From positions 59,306-123,305 of the forward strand of contig JBBQFN010000015.1 of the NCBI GenBank assembly GCA_038321985.1: a stretch of 64,000 nucleotides of DNA. Reading direction: 5' to 3'. Position 1 is the stretch's first letter. The number at the start of each line of letters is the position of its first letter. The translations under genes and the position numbers were made by a program. This stretch comes from Cyanophyceae cyanobacterium (GTDB lineage: Bacteria; Cyanobacteriota; Cyanobacteriia; Cyanobacteriales; Laspinemataceae). The notes below the pieces were generated by a model. It had not been told where the DNA came from and ran no database searches. It saw nothing but the letters and a program-made list of their open reading frames with translations. This document shows, piece by piece, positions 1 to 10,582 of the stretch.

Positions 1-1
1 T

Positions 2-322
2 GCGCTGGAGTCATCACCAGGGCGAGAAAAAATTATTAATATTTATACTTAAATTTTAGATAACCAACCCGTTAAAATTAAAATTTCTGATAACGGAATT
101 GGCATAAATGCTGAGATAAAATCCCGAATATTTGACCCATTTTTTACAACTAAAGAAGTGGGTTCAGGTACAGGGTTAGGACTGTCCATTGCCTATCAAA
201 TCATCGTAGACCCACATAGAGGACAGATTGCCGGTGAGTCCCAACCCGGTCAAGGTACAACCTTTGCGATCGAAAATCCGATGCACCAAAACTTCCCCGG
301 GACCTTGAAACTCAACCCTTGA
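2..322 (+). pseudogene. C-terminal HATPase_c fragment of a sensor histidine kinase with an in-frame stop
   Basis: Frame from position 2 reads ALESSPGREKIINIYT*ILDNQPVKIKISDNGIGI...IFDPFFTTKEVGSGTGLGLSIAYQII...ESQPGQGTTF. G1 (DNGxG), F (FDPFFTTK) and G2 (GTGLGL) boxes follow a TAA at 50-52; the frame ends at TGA 320-322. The 5' part lies outside the window. Confidence 0.75.
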
Positions 323-598
323 GAATACTATTGGTCCCTCACCCAGGGGAGGCCGGTTTTCGCCCGAGATGCAAAAGGTCATAAAATAAAGACTCAAAGA
401 AATTTCAAAAAAGGCTTTCAGCCGGTTGAGCTTGATGTAGGGAAGAACCCGGGATAGTGTTTTAATCCTCAGAAACGGTACCCCGGCGATCGCCCCAGAG
501 TAGCGCCCCAGAAATTTCCCGATCCGGTCCTAGAATCTCTAGCGTCTGGAAAATGCAATGGTATAAGATAAAAGCTTGTCCCATTACCCACCTTGAAG

Positions 599-1579
599 AT
601 GGCAGAAACCCTTTTCTTCAACGCGCTCAAAGCAGCCATTGACGAAGAAATGGCCCGCGACCCTACAGTATTCGTCCTTGGTGAGGACGTCGGTCAGTAT
701 GGCGGATCCTACAAAGTCACCAAGGACCTGTACGAAAAATATGGTGAACTGCGGGTACTCGACACCCCGATCGCCGAAAATAGCTTCACGGGGATGGCGG
801 TTGGGGCCGCCATGACCGGATTGCGCCCGATTATTGAAGGAATGAACATGGGCTTTTTGCTCCTCGCCTTCAACCAAATCGCTAACAATGCGATGCTGCG
901 CTATACCTCCGGCGGCAACTTTACAATGCCAATGGTGATTCGCGGTCCCGGTGGGGTCGGACGACAACTGGGTGCAGAACATTCCCAGCGCTTAGAAACC
1001 TATTTTCAGGCCGTTCCTGGATTGAAAATGGTGGCCTGTTCCACCCCGTACAACGCCAAAGGATTGCTCAAAAGTGCCATCCGTGACAACAACCCCGTGT
1101 TATTTTTTGAGCACGTCCTTCTTTATAATTTGAAAGAAGACTTGCCCTCGGAAGAATATCTAGTGCCTCTAGATAAAGCGGAAATAGTCCGTCGGGGCAA
1201 AGATGTCACGATTTTGACCTATTCGCGGATGCGCCATCACGTCATGCAAGCGGTGCCGCAGATGGAAAAAGAAGGGTTTGATCCGGAGGTCATTGATTTA
1301 ATTTCCCTCAAACCTTTGGATTTAGAAACCATCGGCGAATCAGTTCGCAAAACCCATCGGGTGATTATTGTAGAGGAAGCAATGAAAACCGGAGGGATTG
1401 GGGCTGAAATTATTGCTTCAATTAACGATCGGTTTTTTGATGAGCTGGATGCACCTGTGCTGCGACTGTCATCACAGGATATTCCCACGCCTTACAATGG
1501 TACATTAGAGCGACTGACTATCGTGCAACCGCCACAAATCGTCGAAGCGGTGCAAAAAATGGTCGGCTTGAAAATATAA
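599..1579 (+). CDS. pdhB: Pyruvate dehydrogenase E1 beta subunit
   Basis: [10 protein letters not shown] start; GEDVG, DTPIAE and LGAEHSQ motifs. Confidence 0.95.
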   Translation: MAETLFFNALKAAIDEEMARDPTVFVLGEDVGQYGGSYKVTKDLYEKYGELRVLDTPIAENSFTGMAVGAAMTGLRPIIEGMNMGFLLLAFNQIANNAMLRYTSGGNFTMPMVIRGPGGVGRQLGAEHSQRLETYFQAVPGLKMVACSTPYNAKGLLKSAIRDNNPVLFFEHVLLYNLKEDLPSEEYLVPLDKAEIVRRGKDVTILTYSRMRHHVMQAVPQMEKEGFDPEVIDLISLKPLDLETIGESVRKTHRVIIVEEAMKTGGIGAEIIASINDRFFDELDAPVLRLSSQDIPTPYNGTLERLTIVQPPQIVEAVQKMVGLKI

Positions 1580-1595
1580 GACAATCTTGAAAGGT

Positions 1596-1657
1596 GAGTT
1601 TTGAGTTTTGAGTGAAAATGTTCAAATTTACAGCTTAAAACTCAACTCTCAAAACTC
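1596..1657. repeat. Inverted arrangement of short tandem heptamers (GAGTTTT)n / (AAAACTC)n forming an intergenic hairpin
   Basis: gagttttgagttttgagt (1596-1613) faces aaaactcaactctcaaaactc (about 1637-1657) between pdhB and secD. Confidence 0.6.
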
Positions 1658-1674
1658 TAGAAACAGGTAAAGTC

Positions 1675-3093
1675 ATGCAAAAACACCGTTCATTATTGGC
1701 TTTAATTCTGGTTCTGGTTATCGCTGCGATCGTTGCGTTAGTGAATATCCCGTTCCGGCTGGGATTGGATCTTCAAGGAGGGTCGCAACTGACCCTCCAA
1801 GTGCAACCCTCCGAAGAGGTTCCGCAAATTACCTCCTCCGTGATGGAAGCGGTGCAGAGCGTAGTCAGAAACCGGGTTGATGCCCTCGGCGTATCTGAAC
1901 CCATCGTTCAGTCCGTCGGGACCGATCAGATCCTCGTCCAGCTACCAGGCGTCAGTGATCCAGCACAAGCTGAACGCGTGCTTGGAGGGACTGCCATCCT
2001 GGAGTTTCGGGAAGAAAGCCCGAATCAAGAAATTCAGGCGCAAATGGACGTGAGGATCGAAGAAGCTACCCAAATTGCCATAGAGTTGGGTGGGTTGCAA
2101 GAGTCCGGAGAACAAGGACAAATTGCTGAAAAGCAAGCCGAGTTTGATCGCAAGCGTGAAGAAATTGAGGCCCTGCGGATCCAACGGTACAAAAGAACCG
2201 GACTCACGGGTAAAAACCTCGATGATGCCTATCCCCAACCGGCACAAGCAGGGGCGGGGGCTTGGAATGTGGGTCTAGTCTTCGATAACGAAGGCGGAGA
2301 ACTGTTTGCCCAACTCACCCGCAATCTGGCAGGAACCGGACGGACCCTGGGGATTTTTCTGGATGAAAAACTGATTAGTTCTCCCACGGTCCCCGTAGAA
2401 TTTGCCACTACAGGTATTACTGGGGGGCGGGCAGAGATTCAAGGCAACTTTACGGTACAACAGGCGAATGAGCTCGCCGTACAATTGCGCGGTGGTGCTT
2501 TGCCGGTGCCGGTAGAAATTGTAGAAAACCGCACGGTTGGGGCAACCCTGGGGCGAGATAGTATTGTTAGAAGTATCTACGCCGGAATCGGGGGCCTGCT
2601 TTTGGTCCTGATTTTTATGGTGGTGTATTACCGCCTTCCGGGCTTAATTGCGGATCTGTCCCTGTTGATATACGCCATTCTGACTTTAGCCAGCTTCTCC
2701 CTGTTGGGGGTGACCTTGACCCTACCAGGTATTGCGGGATTTATCCTCAGTATCGGTATGGCAGTGGATGCGAATGTACTAATTTTTGAACGCACCCGGG
2801 AAGAATTACGGGCGGGTAAGAGTTTGTATCGTTCGGTGGAGTCGGGATTTTACCGGGCTTTTTCGAGCATTTTGGATAGCAACGTCACCACGCTGATTGC
2901 CTGTATTGCTTTGTTCTGGCTGGGTGCGGGGTTGGTGAAAGGATTCGCGTTAACCCTGGGAATTGGGGTAGCCGTGAGTATGTTTACCGCGATTACTTGC
3001 AGTCGCACGTTAATGTTTTTAGCAATTAGTGTTGATGACCTTCGCAAGCCCGAACTATTTTGTCCGAACCTTCAAAATGTTAGGAAAGTTTAG
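1675..3093 (+). CDS. secD: Protein translocase subunit SecD
   Basis: [18 protein letters not shown] and [13 protein letters not shown] motifs. Confidence 0.95.
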   Translation: MQKHRSLLALILVLVIAAIVALVNIPFRLGLDLQGGSQLTLQVQPSEEVPQITSSVMEAVQSVVRNRVDALGVSEPIVQSVGTDQILVQLPGVSDPAQAERVLGGTAILEFREESPNQEIQAQMDVRIEEATQIAIELGGLQESGEQGQIAEKQAEFDRKREEIEALRIQRYKRTGLTGKNLDDAYPQPAQAGAGAWNVGLVFDNEGGELFAQLTRNLAGTGRTLGIFLDEKLISSPTVPVEFATTGITGGRAEIQGNFTVQQANELAVQLRGGALPVPVEIVENRTVGATLGRDSIVRSIYAGIGGLLLVLIFMVVYYRLPGLIADLSLLIYAILTLASFSLLGVTLTLPGIAGFILSIGMAVDANVLIFERTREELRAGKSLYRSVESGFYRAFSSILDSNVTTLIACIALFWLGAGLVKGFALTLGIGVAVSMFTAITCSRTLMFLAISVDDLRKPELFCPNLQNVRKV

Positions 3094-3120
3094 GGGGATG
3101 TGTTACCAGAGGCAGATTCG

Positions 3121-4113
3121 ATGAGATTAAACGTTAACAAACAGCGCCGATTGTGGTGGACATTATCCGCAGCAGTTGTGGTGGCTGGGTTGATTTCGAT
3201 GGTGATTTCTTGGCAACAGTTGGGAGTACCCCTGCGTCCGAGTTTGGATTTCGTTGGGGGCACGCGGTTGCAGTTGGAACTCGATTGTTCGATTCCCAAC
3301 AATTGCGATCGCCCCATTGAACCGGGAACTGTGCGATCGATTCTTGCCGCCCAAGGGTTGGGAAGCAGTAGCATTCAAGTGGTCGGCGATGACAAGCAGG
3401 CGTTATCAATTCGTACCTCCACCCTGGATGTGAATCAACGCACTGCACTCATCAATTCCTTAAGTGAAGAACTTGGCAGTTTTGATCCGCAAAAAAATCA
3501 AATTGATACAGTAGGTCCAACAATTGGGCGTCAATTGTTTACTCAAGGACTTTTAGCGCTGATTGTTTCTTTTGCCGGGATTATTGTCTATCTGAGTTTT
3601 CGGTTCCAGTTCGATTATGCCCTGTTTGCGATCGTGGCTTTATTCCATGATGTCTTAATCACGGTGGGGATTTTCTCGATTCTGGGACTGGTTTTAGGGT
3701 TAGAAGTGGATAGCTTGTTTATTGTGGCGTTGCTCACCATTATCGGGTTCTCGGTAAACGATACGGTAGTGATTTACGATCGCATCCGGGAAAATCTGGC
3801 TCAGAATCAGTCCAATCGCCCCATTGATCAAATCGTGGATGATGCGGTGAATCAAACTCTGGGGCGATCGATTAATACCACGGCCACTACCATGTTACCC
3901 TTGGTCGGGATTTTCTTATTTGGCGGGGAAACCCTAAAATCCTTTGCCCTAGCCTTAATTGTGGGATTTTTGGCCGGCGTGTATTCCAGTCTCTTTTTAG
4001 CAAGCAGCTTGTTAGTCTGGTGGCGAGAACGGAATGGAACAGGAATGTCTCCGGTTTCAGAGGGGCCACCCACAGTCGAGGCATCTCTAGACTCTCACGA
4101 TGGGTCCCATTAA
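3121..4113 (+). CDS. secF: Protein translocase subunit SecF
   Basis: LDFVGGT, VGPTIG and [16 protein letters not shown] motifs; follows secD; ATG at 3121 preferred as start. Confidence 0.95.
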   Translation: MRLNVNKQRRLWWTLSAAVVVAGLISMVISWQQLGVPLRPSLDFVGGTRLQLELDCSIPNNCDRPIEPGTVRSILAAQGLGSSSIQVVGDDKQALSIRTSTLDVNQRTALINSLSEELGSFDPQKNQIDTVGPTIGRQLFTQGLLALIVSFAGIIVYLSFRFQFDYALFAIVALFHDVLITVGIFSILGLVLGLEVDSLFIVALLTIIGFSVNDTVVIYDRIRENLAQNQSNRPIDQIVDDAVNQTLGRSINTTATTMLPLVGIFLFGGETLKSFALALIVGFLAGVYSSLFLASSLLVWWRERNGTGMSPVSEGPPTVEASLDSHDGSH

Positions 4114-4222
4114 CGGGGGGATTCGGTGGGTTACGGTGGCGATCGCCGATCTCGCTTAAGGTAACCCTTCGTTCTTCTCAATTGGGTTAGATTGAAGTCA
4201 TCTTCTATAACTTGAGATCGCT

Positions 4223-4666
4223 GTGATGGAGAACAATCACGAGTTTAGCGATCGCCCCCTGGATTCAGTCCCCCTCCCACAGGACCCTACTTTCGAGCAA
4301 GAAGTGCAACGGTTACATGAGTACACCGTTGCCGCTCGTTGGGTGTTAGTTTTGCTCTTGTGGTTAACCCTGGGGAGTTTCAGCCTGTGGGCATTGCGAT
4401 CGGACTTTAAACTGCTGTACGACCATTTTACCTGGGCGAGTTTGCGCTACGCCTTGAGTATGCGGTACAATCCGGTACCGGCGATCGGACTAACATTCTC
4501 CGTGAGTATGACCGTAGCGGTCCTGGTTTGGCAAAGTCGTAACATCTTATTCGGAATGCCACAATCAGAGCGATCGCGCCTAGAACAACAACTGCTTCGC
4601 ATTCGCCAACAGGGTCAATCTCATCCCCTCTGGAAGTGGATTGTTGAGTCTCCAAAACAGAAATAA
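4223..4666 (+). CDS. Hypothetical membrane protein (two hydrophobic segments)
   Basis: 147-aa ORF co-oriented with secF, with two TM-like stretches. Confidence 0.7.
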   Translation: MMENNHEFSDRPLDSVPLPQDPTFEQEVQRLHEYTVAARWVLVLLLWLTLGSFSLWALRSDFKLLYDHFTWASLRYALSMRYNPVPAIGLTFSVSMTVAVLVWQSRNILFGMPQSERSRLEQQLLRIRQQGQSHPLWKWIVESPKQK

Positions 4667-4789
4667 TAATCCATCCGTTCCTTAGTTTTTTCGCGCATAA
4701 GGGCAAAGTAAAAGCTAGGAACCCTTCCGGTGGGGGTCATCTTTAAAAACCCGTGGCTTGGTGAGCGTGAATAATCTCAAAAATATCTC

Positions 4790-5596
4790 GTGAAAACCGA
4801 TAGTATTTTTTACCGCATCTTTCAACAATATCCCCGGAGCTTTTTTGAACTTATTCACAGTTCCCCCGGGGACGCACAGCGGTATCAATTTACCTCCGTT
4901 GAAGTTAAACAATTGGCATTTCGTTTGGACGGGTTATTTCTTCCAACAACTGATAAAGCTGACTACCCTTTCTACCTTGCCGAAGTCCAATTTCAAGCCG
5001 ATGAAACGTTTTATTCTCGGATTTTTGCGGAACTTTTCCTCTACCTGCGTCAATACCAACCCCGCTCTCCTTGGCGCGTGGTCATCATTTATCCCAGTCG
5101 AACCCAGGAACGAGAACAACGCCACCAATTCCACGAACTCCTAGATTTGGGGCGAGTTACTCGTATTTATCTCAATGAGTTAGAGAACCCCGACGACTCT
5201 TTAGGATTCGCAATTGTTAAACTGGTGGTAGAACCGGAACAAGAGGCGATCGACTCGGCCAAACGCCTGATAGCCAAAGCCCAACAAGAACTAACCGTCG
5301 CCCCTGTTCAACGGGATATCATTGATTTAATCGAGACCATTATCGTTTATAAACTGCCCCAAGCCAGTCGAGAGGAGATTGCCAAGATGTTAGGACTTAC
5401 AGATTTAAAACAAACCCGCTTTTATCAAGAAGCGTTTGTCGAAGGCCGTGAAGAAGGTCTCCAGCAAGCAAAACAAAACTTTGTGCAACGTCTTGCTAAC
5501 CGAGGAGAAAGTTTAGAAGAAATTGCCCAATTGTCTGACTTACCAATATCCGTGGTTCAAGAAATATTGAAATCCTCGAATCAATCTCAGCCGTAA
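4790..5596 (+). CDS. Rpn family recombination-promoting nuclease / putative transposase (DUF2887-like, PD-(D/E)XK)
   Basis: MKTDSIFYRIFQ start, FRLDGLF, EVQFQ, LIETIIVYKLP and QTRFYQEA...EGREEG are typical of this cyanobacterial paralog family. Confidence 0.85.
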   Translation: MKTDSIFYRIFQQYPRSFFELIHSSPGDAQRYQFTSVEVKQLAFRLDGLFLPTTDKADYPFYLAEVQFQADETFYSRIFAELFLYLRQYQPRSPWRVVIIYPSRTQEREQRHQFHELLDLGRVTRIYLNELENPDDSLGFAIVKLVVEPEQEAIDSAKRLIAKAQQELTVAPVQRDIIDLIETIIVYKLPQASREEIAKMLGLTDLKQTRFYQEAFVEGREEGLQQAKQNFVQRLANRGESLEEIAQLSDLPISVVQEILKSSNQSQP

Positions 5597-5633
5597 CCAG
5601 TCCTCTACTCGTTAGGGGCTGGTTACGCCTATT

Positions 5634-6437
5634 TTATCCTCGAAAAAACTGGCGAAAATCTTCGTCTGCTGTACTTAATTTTACCCATTCTGCCCCGGCT
5701 TTGCTTAGTTTTTCGACCAGGCGATCGCAGGCGGGGCGTTCGGTGGCATAATGACCGGCATCGATCAGCACTAAGCCGCGATCGCGGGCTTCCTGAAATT
5801 GATGAAATTTGCAATCTGAGGTGAGATAGGCATCGGCACTAGCTTTGACGACGGCATCGATATAGCTAGCGCCAGACCCTCCTAATACGGCTACCCGTCT
5901 GATGCGCTGCTGGGGGTCGGCTGGAGAAACAATCAGTTCTGAAGGTTGCAATTTTTCTTGAATCAGGGTTAATAAATCGCCCAGGGTGAGTGCCGGTTCG
6001 AGTTGCCCGATTCGACCATATCCGAGTCCATTTTGAGTAGGGACAACTGCCTTGACTTGTTTGAGTTTTAATTGCTGGGCGAGGACATCGGCGGTGCCAT
6101 GATTCACTTGATCAAAGTTGGTGTGGGCGGTGTAAATGCCGATGCCATGGGTAAATGCTAGTTTTGCCATCTCTCCCACTGCCTCACCGCTACAGAGGCG
6201 ATCAACTCCCCCAAAAATCAAAGGATGATGAGCGAAGATTAAATTAACGGGTTCTCCTGCTGTTTGAAGGGCGAGTGCTTCTTGCATCACGGGTAAGGTG
6301 GGAGTTAGACAGACTAATACCCGCGCCGGTTCTGTTAAAACTCCTGGCTCAATTTGCCACCCAGAATTATCCCACTCTTCTTGCCATGCTGGGTTAGCCC
6401 AGCCTTCAAACCATTGTATTATTTCGGAAATCTTCAT
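5634..6437 (-). CDS. Nif3-like dinuclear metal centre hexameric protein (YbgI/NIF3)
   Basis: WDNSG, HHPLIF, HTNFD and DAGHYATE motifs. Confidence 0.9.
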   Translation of the reverse strand: MKISEIIQWFEGWANPAWQEEWDNSGWQIEPGVLTEPARVLVCLTPTLPVMQEALALQTAGEPVNLIFAHHPLIFGGVDRLCSGEAVGEMAKLAFTHGIGIYTAHTNFDQVNHGTADVLAQQLKLKQVKAVVPTQNGLGYGRIGQLEPALTLGDLLTLIQEKLQPSELIVSPADPQQRIRRVAVLGGSGASYIDAVVKASADAYLTSDCKFHQFQEARDRGLVLIDAGHYATERPACDRLVEKLSKAGAEWVKLSTADEDFRQFFRG

Positions 6438-7124
6438 GTTCCTACTTAGTCATCCCTTTATACTGCCATTAGTAGAAGATTGGAGGTTATCTACGTTGAC
6501 CCCTGGTACTGGAGGCGATCGCTTCTTCTAGGTTTTAGTTTAACAAAACTGATCCCCGTTAAGGGCGATCGCTGGTCTGAGTGGTACTTTTCAAAAGAAT
6601 CCCTCCACCCTACCCTACGATCAATTCAGGGGCGATCGCATTAGCTGTTGGCGCTCCGAATCCAGAATACCCTATTTTGGGCTTCCCATGAAAGCGGCAT
6701 TATCATTTAAAAAATAGCTGTAGTAGTGTTTATTTTATTAGTTCAAGTTTCCGGGGATATTCGGATATATTAAACTTTAGTATAAAAAATAGAATTTGTA
6801 AATATTCCTGTAGAGAGAGTTAATTTTGGCATTTTAATTATATAAATGGAAAAACCTATTTTTTACTCTCTAAGAACTCGATCCAGAGTTTAACCGTTTA
6901 TTGATTATTCAGGAGTTATGCGTCAGATGGGCAAGAGAGAAGAGGTATTTCTGATTCTGTTTGTAGGCTCTAAAATATATTGTTTAAAAATTAGAAAAGA
7001 AAAATTTTTAGTTTTTATTTAGTACAGTATAAGTTAGATCTGACTGCAATAAAACTGGAAAATATGTTATAAACTTAGAGATAAAAAATGCCCTCATACA
7101 AATCCTGTAACTCGGAGTCTGTTT

Positions 7125-9200
7125 ATGACAAGTCTTTGGCCGCTAATTGAAACTGATGGATTCGGCGTCACAACTTGGTTGATGGGAACTCCCTTGGCTC
7201 AAATTTTAAGCGGCCCCATTACCGACCCTCTTGCCATTTTTCTGATCATCATGGCGATGATGCTAATCGCCCCTCTAGTTTTTGAACGGCTAAAACTGCC
7301 GGGGATTGTCGGTTTAATTTTAGCGGGTGTGGTCATTGGACCCCACGGGTTAGGATTGTTAGCCCGAGATGAAACCATTGTGCTACTAGGCACCGTGGGA
7401 TTGCTGTTTTTAATGTTTATGGCGGGGTTAGAAACCAGTTTAGATGACCTCAAACTAAATGCCGATAAAGCCATTACTTTTGGGCTAGCAACCTTTGCCA
7501 TTCCGATGATTTTGGGTATGGGGGCGATGTTGTTGCTGGGATATGGTTGGTTAGCGGCGATACTGGTTGCCTCTTGTTTTGCCTCTCATACCCTGCTTGC
7601 TTTGCCGATTTTAACCCGGCTGGGAATCATGCGATCGCCAGCAGTAACTGCCACTTTGGGGGGAACCTTAATCACCAACGTCCTAGCGTTGTTAGTGTTA
7701 GCCGTCGTGGTTAAAGCCCACGGAGGTACATTAACCCTAAATTTTTGGCTATTTCTAATTCCTGCTTTGGTGATTTATACCCTCGCTACTTTGTGGGGAG
7801 TTCCTAAACTAGGACGATGGTTTTTCCGAAAATTTGGGCATGATGAAGGTGCGGAATTTACCTTTGTAGTTGCCACGTTGTTGGTAGTTTCTTATGTGGC
7901 CCAACTGATTGAAATTGAAGCGATCATCGGCGCATTTTTAGCCGGAGTTGCCATTACCCAACTGATTCCCGCTTTAAGTCCCTTAATGAATCGGATTCAG
8001 TTTATTGGAAATACGCTATTTGTGCCCTTTTTTCTACTTTCAGTAGGGATGTTAATCGACCCCATGATTCTCGTCAGTGAACCGCGATCGCTCGTTGTTG
8101 CTGGAGTGATGATTGCAGCTGAATTTCTGGCTAAATATTTAGCAGCTTGGGGTTCAGCAAAGATATTTGGCTGGACCTTTCCCAATACAATGGTTATGTT
8201 TGGTTTATCCGTTGCCCAAGCTGCCTCCACCTTAGCAGCGATTACCGTTGCTTATAAGATAAAACTGGTGGATGAAGTCACCGTGAATGGCATTATCGCC
8301 ATGATTCTCGTGAGTTGCATTGCCTCTCCTTGGATTACAGCGAAGTGGGGAAAAAAGGTGAAACCCGAGGAAAAAGTAACGACGAGTGAAATTCAAGGAT
8401 TGACTGATCGGGTCTTAGTTCCAGTTGCTAACCCCAGTACCGAAGATAATTTGTTGACTTTGGCAATTTTATTGGCAAAAAATTCTAAGGGAACCTTGCT
8501 CCCCTTGCACGTTCTTTCTGATAAAAATGGCAAGGTTTCATCGGAACAAAGAATCCAACAAAACCAGTTACTAGCAGCGGCAGAAACCATCGCTCATGCA
8601 GCAACCGTGGCGGTGGAACCGATTGGTCGAATTGATTCAGCGATCGCCGGTGGAATCGTTCGCAGTGCCTCGGAACGCGATGCGACTTTAATTATTTGTG
8701 GGTGGAAAGGGTTTTCCAGCTATCGGGAAAATTTCTTCGGTGACGTGATTGATCGGATTGTGCGGGGCTCGCCCGTGCCAGTTCTGATTACCAGGTTTCC
8801 TCACCCCATCCAAAATACCGCCCGCATCTTTGTGGCAGCAACGGAAGTGGAAACTTCATCGATAGAATTTAAACAAACCCTGCAAATTGCTACGACAATC
8901 TCAACTGAACTCAAGGCAACCTTACAGTTATTATTAATTGTAGCTGGGAAAGAACAAAAGGCGAATTTCGACCTCGAAGCCTTTGGATTGAGTGAAACTA
9001 CCCCAATTCAATACCTACGGGGAAAATTTGTTAAAAAAGTATCGAGAATGCTGAAAACTGATGACTTGTTAATCTTAACATCCGGTTCTCATCACTATCA
9101 AACATTTGGGTTACCGGGGGGATTAGTAGAACCGGAAGCCATTGTCCGGGCACATCCTGATGTTGCGACCATTGTGGCTCATTTCCCGACGAGGAGTTAA
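7125..9200 (+). CDS. Cation:proton antiporter (CPA2, Na+/H+) with C-terminal universal-stress-protein-like domain
   Basis: Multi-TM N-terminus with GLLFLMFMAGLE and IIGAFLAG; RVLVPVANP begins the USP-like domain. Confidence 0.88.
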   Translation: MTSLWPLIETDGFGVTTWLMGTPLAQILSGPITDPLAIFLIIMAMMLIAPLVFERLKLPGIVGLILAGVVIGPHGLGLLARDETIVLLGTVGLLFLMFMAGLETSLDDLKLNADKAITFGLATFAIPMILGMGAMLLLGYGWLAAILVASCFASHTLLALPILTRLGIMRSPAVTATLGGTLITNVLALLVLAVVVKAHGGTLTLNFWLFLIPALVIYTLATLWGVPKLGRWFFRKFGHDEGAEFTFVVATLLVVSYVAQLIEIEAIIGAFLAGVAITQLIPALSPLMNRIQFIGNTLFVPFFLLSVGMLIDPMILVSEPRSLVVAGVMIAAEFLAKYLAAWGSAKIFGWTFPNTMVMFGLSVAQAASTLAAITVAYKIKLVDEVTVNGIIAMILVSCIASPWITAKWGKKVKPEEKVTTSEIQGLTDRVLVPVANPSTEDNLLTLAILLAKNSKGTLLPLHVLSDKNGKVSSEQRIQQNQLLAAAETIAHAATVAVEPIGRIDSAIAGGIVRSASERDATLIICGWKGFSSYRENFFGDVIDRIVRGSPVPVLITRFPHPIQNTARIFVAATEVETSSIEFKQTLQIATTISTELKATLQLLLIVAGKEQKANFDLEAFGLSETTPIQYLRGKFVKKVSRMLKTDDLLILTSGSHHYQTFGLPGGLVEPEAIVRAHPDVATIVAHFPTRS

Positions 9201-9364
9201 GCCCAATCATTTTTAGAATTCAGGGAGAATTTTAAAAAGCCAATTGGCGTTGATCAGGGGGTTGGGGCGAGGGATTCACCGAATGAAAGCAAGAAGCCTT
9301 TTGGTGAGGAGTCAGCCTGATTTTAGACCGATTCTGTCGCCTTTTCCCCCTGGCGATCGCCACC

Positions 9365-10408
9365 CTAAATTTTAGAGTTAGCGGGTTTATTCTTCCATTT
9401 GTCCATAACATCTTTAAAAAATAACTCTTGAACCCAAATTTGAGCCACCACAGTCAGAGGGAGTGCTAATAATAATCCCAACACTCCAAAAATACTGGCA
9501 AAGAAAATTTGTGCCGTCAGGGTTACCGCTGGTAACAGAGACACCTGTTTTGCCATTACCGTAGGAGTCAGCCAATAACTTTCGATCTGTTGGATGATGA
9601 TATACCAAATCAGAACTGCCAACGCTTTCCACGGGGCATCTAATAAAGCAATCATCACCGGAAATACGGCGCTCATGGTCGGACCAATATTGGGAATAAA
9701 ATTAAATAATCCCGCAATCAAGGAATGAACTAAAACTAGATCCACTTGTAAAATCAACAGTCCCAGCCCACTCAAACTCCCAATAAAAATACAGTTAATC
9801 ATAATTCCAACAAACCAGTTTTCTAACCCGATTTCGCATTCGGATAAAATCTCATAGGCGCGGCGGCGATAAAAAGACGGAAATAGCCGAACAAACGCAT
9901 CCCGATATTCTCCTGGATTGGCTAACAGCATCAAGGTCAAAACCGTGACAAACAAAACCTGAAGCGCAATCCTAAAAGAATTAGAAAAGAAATCGAAAAA
10001 ATTAGTCACCGATTGCAGGACTAACGGCTGTAATTGCACTAGGAGTTCGGCGAGACTTGGGGGTTGAGGTAACCAAACTGGCAACTGAGTTTCCAGCGAT
10101 CGCAGCCAAGTGCGCAACTTTACAAATACTTCCGGTAATAGTTCAATCATCCGTTGCGATTGTTCAATAAACTGAGGAACCACCACCCAAATAAACACCA
10201 CACTAAACAGGACCGTCAGACATAAGGTGATGATAATGGCAATTGTTCGATTGAGATGCAATCGCGTCTGGAACTGCTTGGCAATGCTATTAAGGGCAGT
10301 GGCAAAAACGACGGCGACAAACAACAGTAACAATAATTGCCGAATTTCCCACAAAATATAAAGGGAAATCAGAATGACAATAAAACCAAGCCATTGACCA
10401 AATTTCAC
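9365..10408 (-). CDS. AI-2E family transporter (PerM-like)
   Basis: FIPNIGP, QQIESYWLTP and GLLLALPL motifs. Confidence 0.88.
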   Translation of the reverse strand: MKFGQWLGFIVILISLYILWEIRQLLLLLFVAVVFATALNSIAKQFQTRLHLNRTIAIIITLCLTVLFSVVFIWVVVPQFIEQSQRMIELLPEVFVKLRTWLRSLETQLPVWLPQPPSLAELLVQLQPLVLQSVTNFFDFFSNSFRIALQVLFVTVLTLMLLANPGEYRDAFVRLFPSFYRRRAYEILSECEIGLENWFVGIMINCIFIGSLSGLGLLILQVDLVLVHSLIAGLFNFIPNIGPTMSAVFPVMIALLDAPWKALAVLIWYIIIQQIESYWLTPTVMAKQVSLLPAVTLTAQIFFASIFGVLGLLLALPLTVVAQIWVQELFFKDVMDKWKNKPANSKI

Positions 10409-10582
10409 AGTTATTGCGTTTAGATAATAGACCTTCCTTTAGGAATATAGCCCAACACCTCTATAGATTGGTGAGAGGGGCCTCAATTTCCCAGCAGGCG
10501 ATTGCCCCTTTGCCGTAAAAAATCCTGCGACCCGCCCGCTTTTTTGATATTCTGAACCTTTGGACTAGCAATTATTCAAACC

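Noticed and set aside
4790..5596. Rpn/DUF2887 gene as an active mobile element
   Set aside because: No TIRs or target duplications seen; it belongs to a common multi-copy cyanobacterial family.
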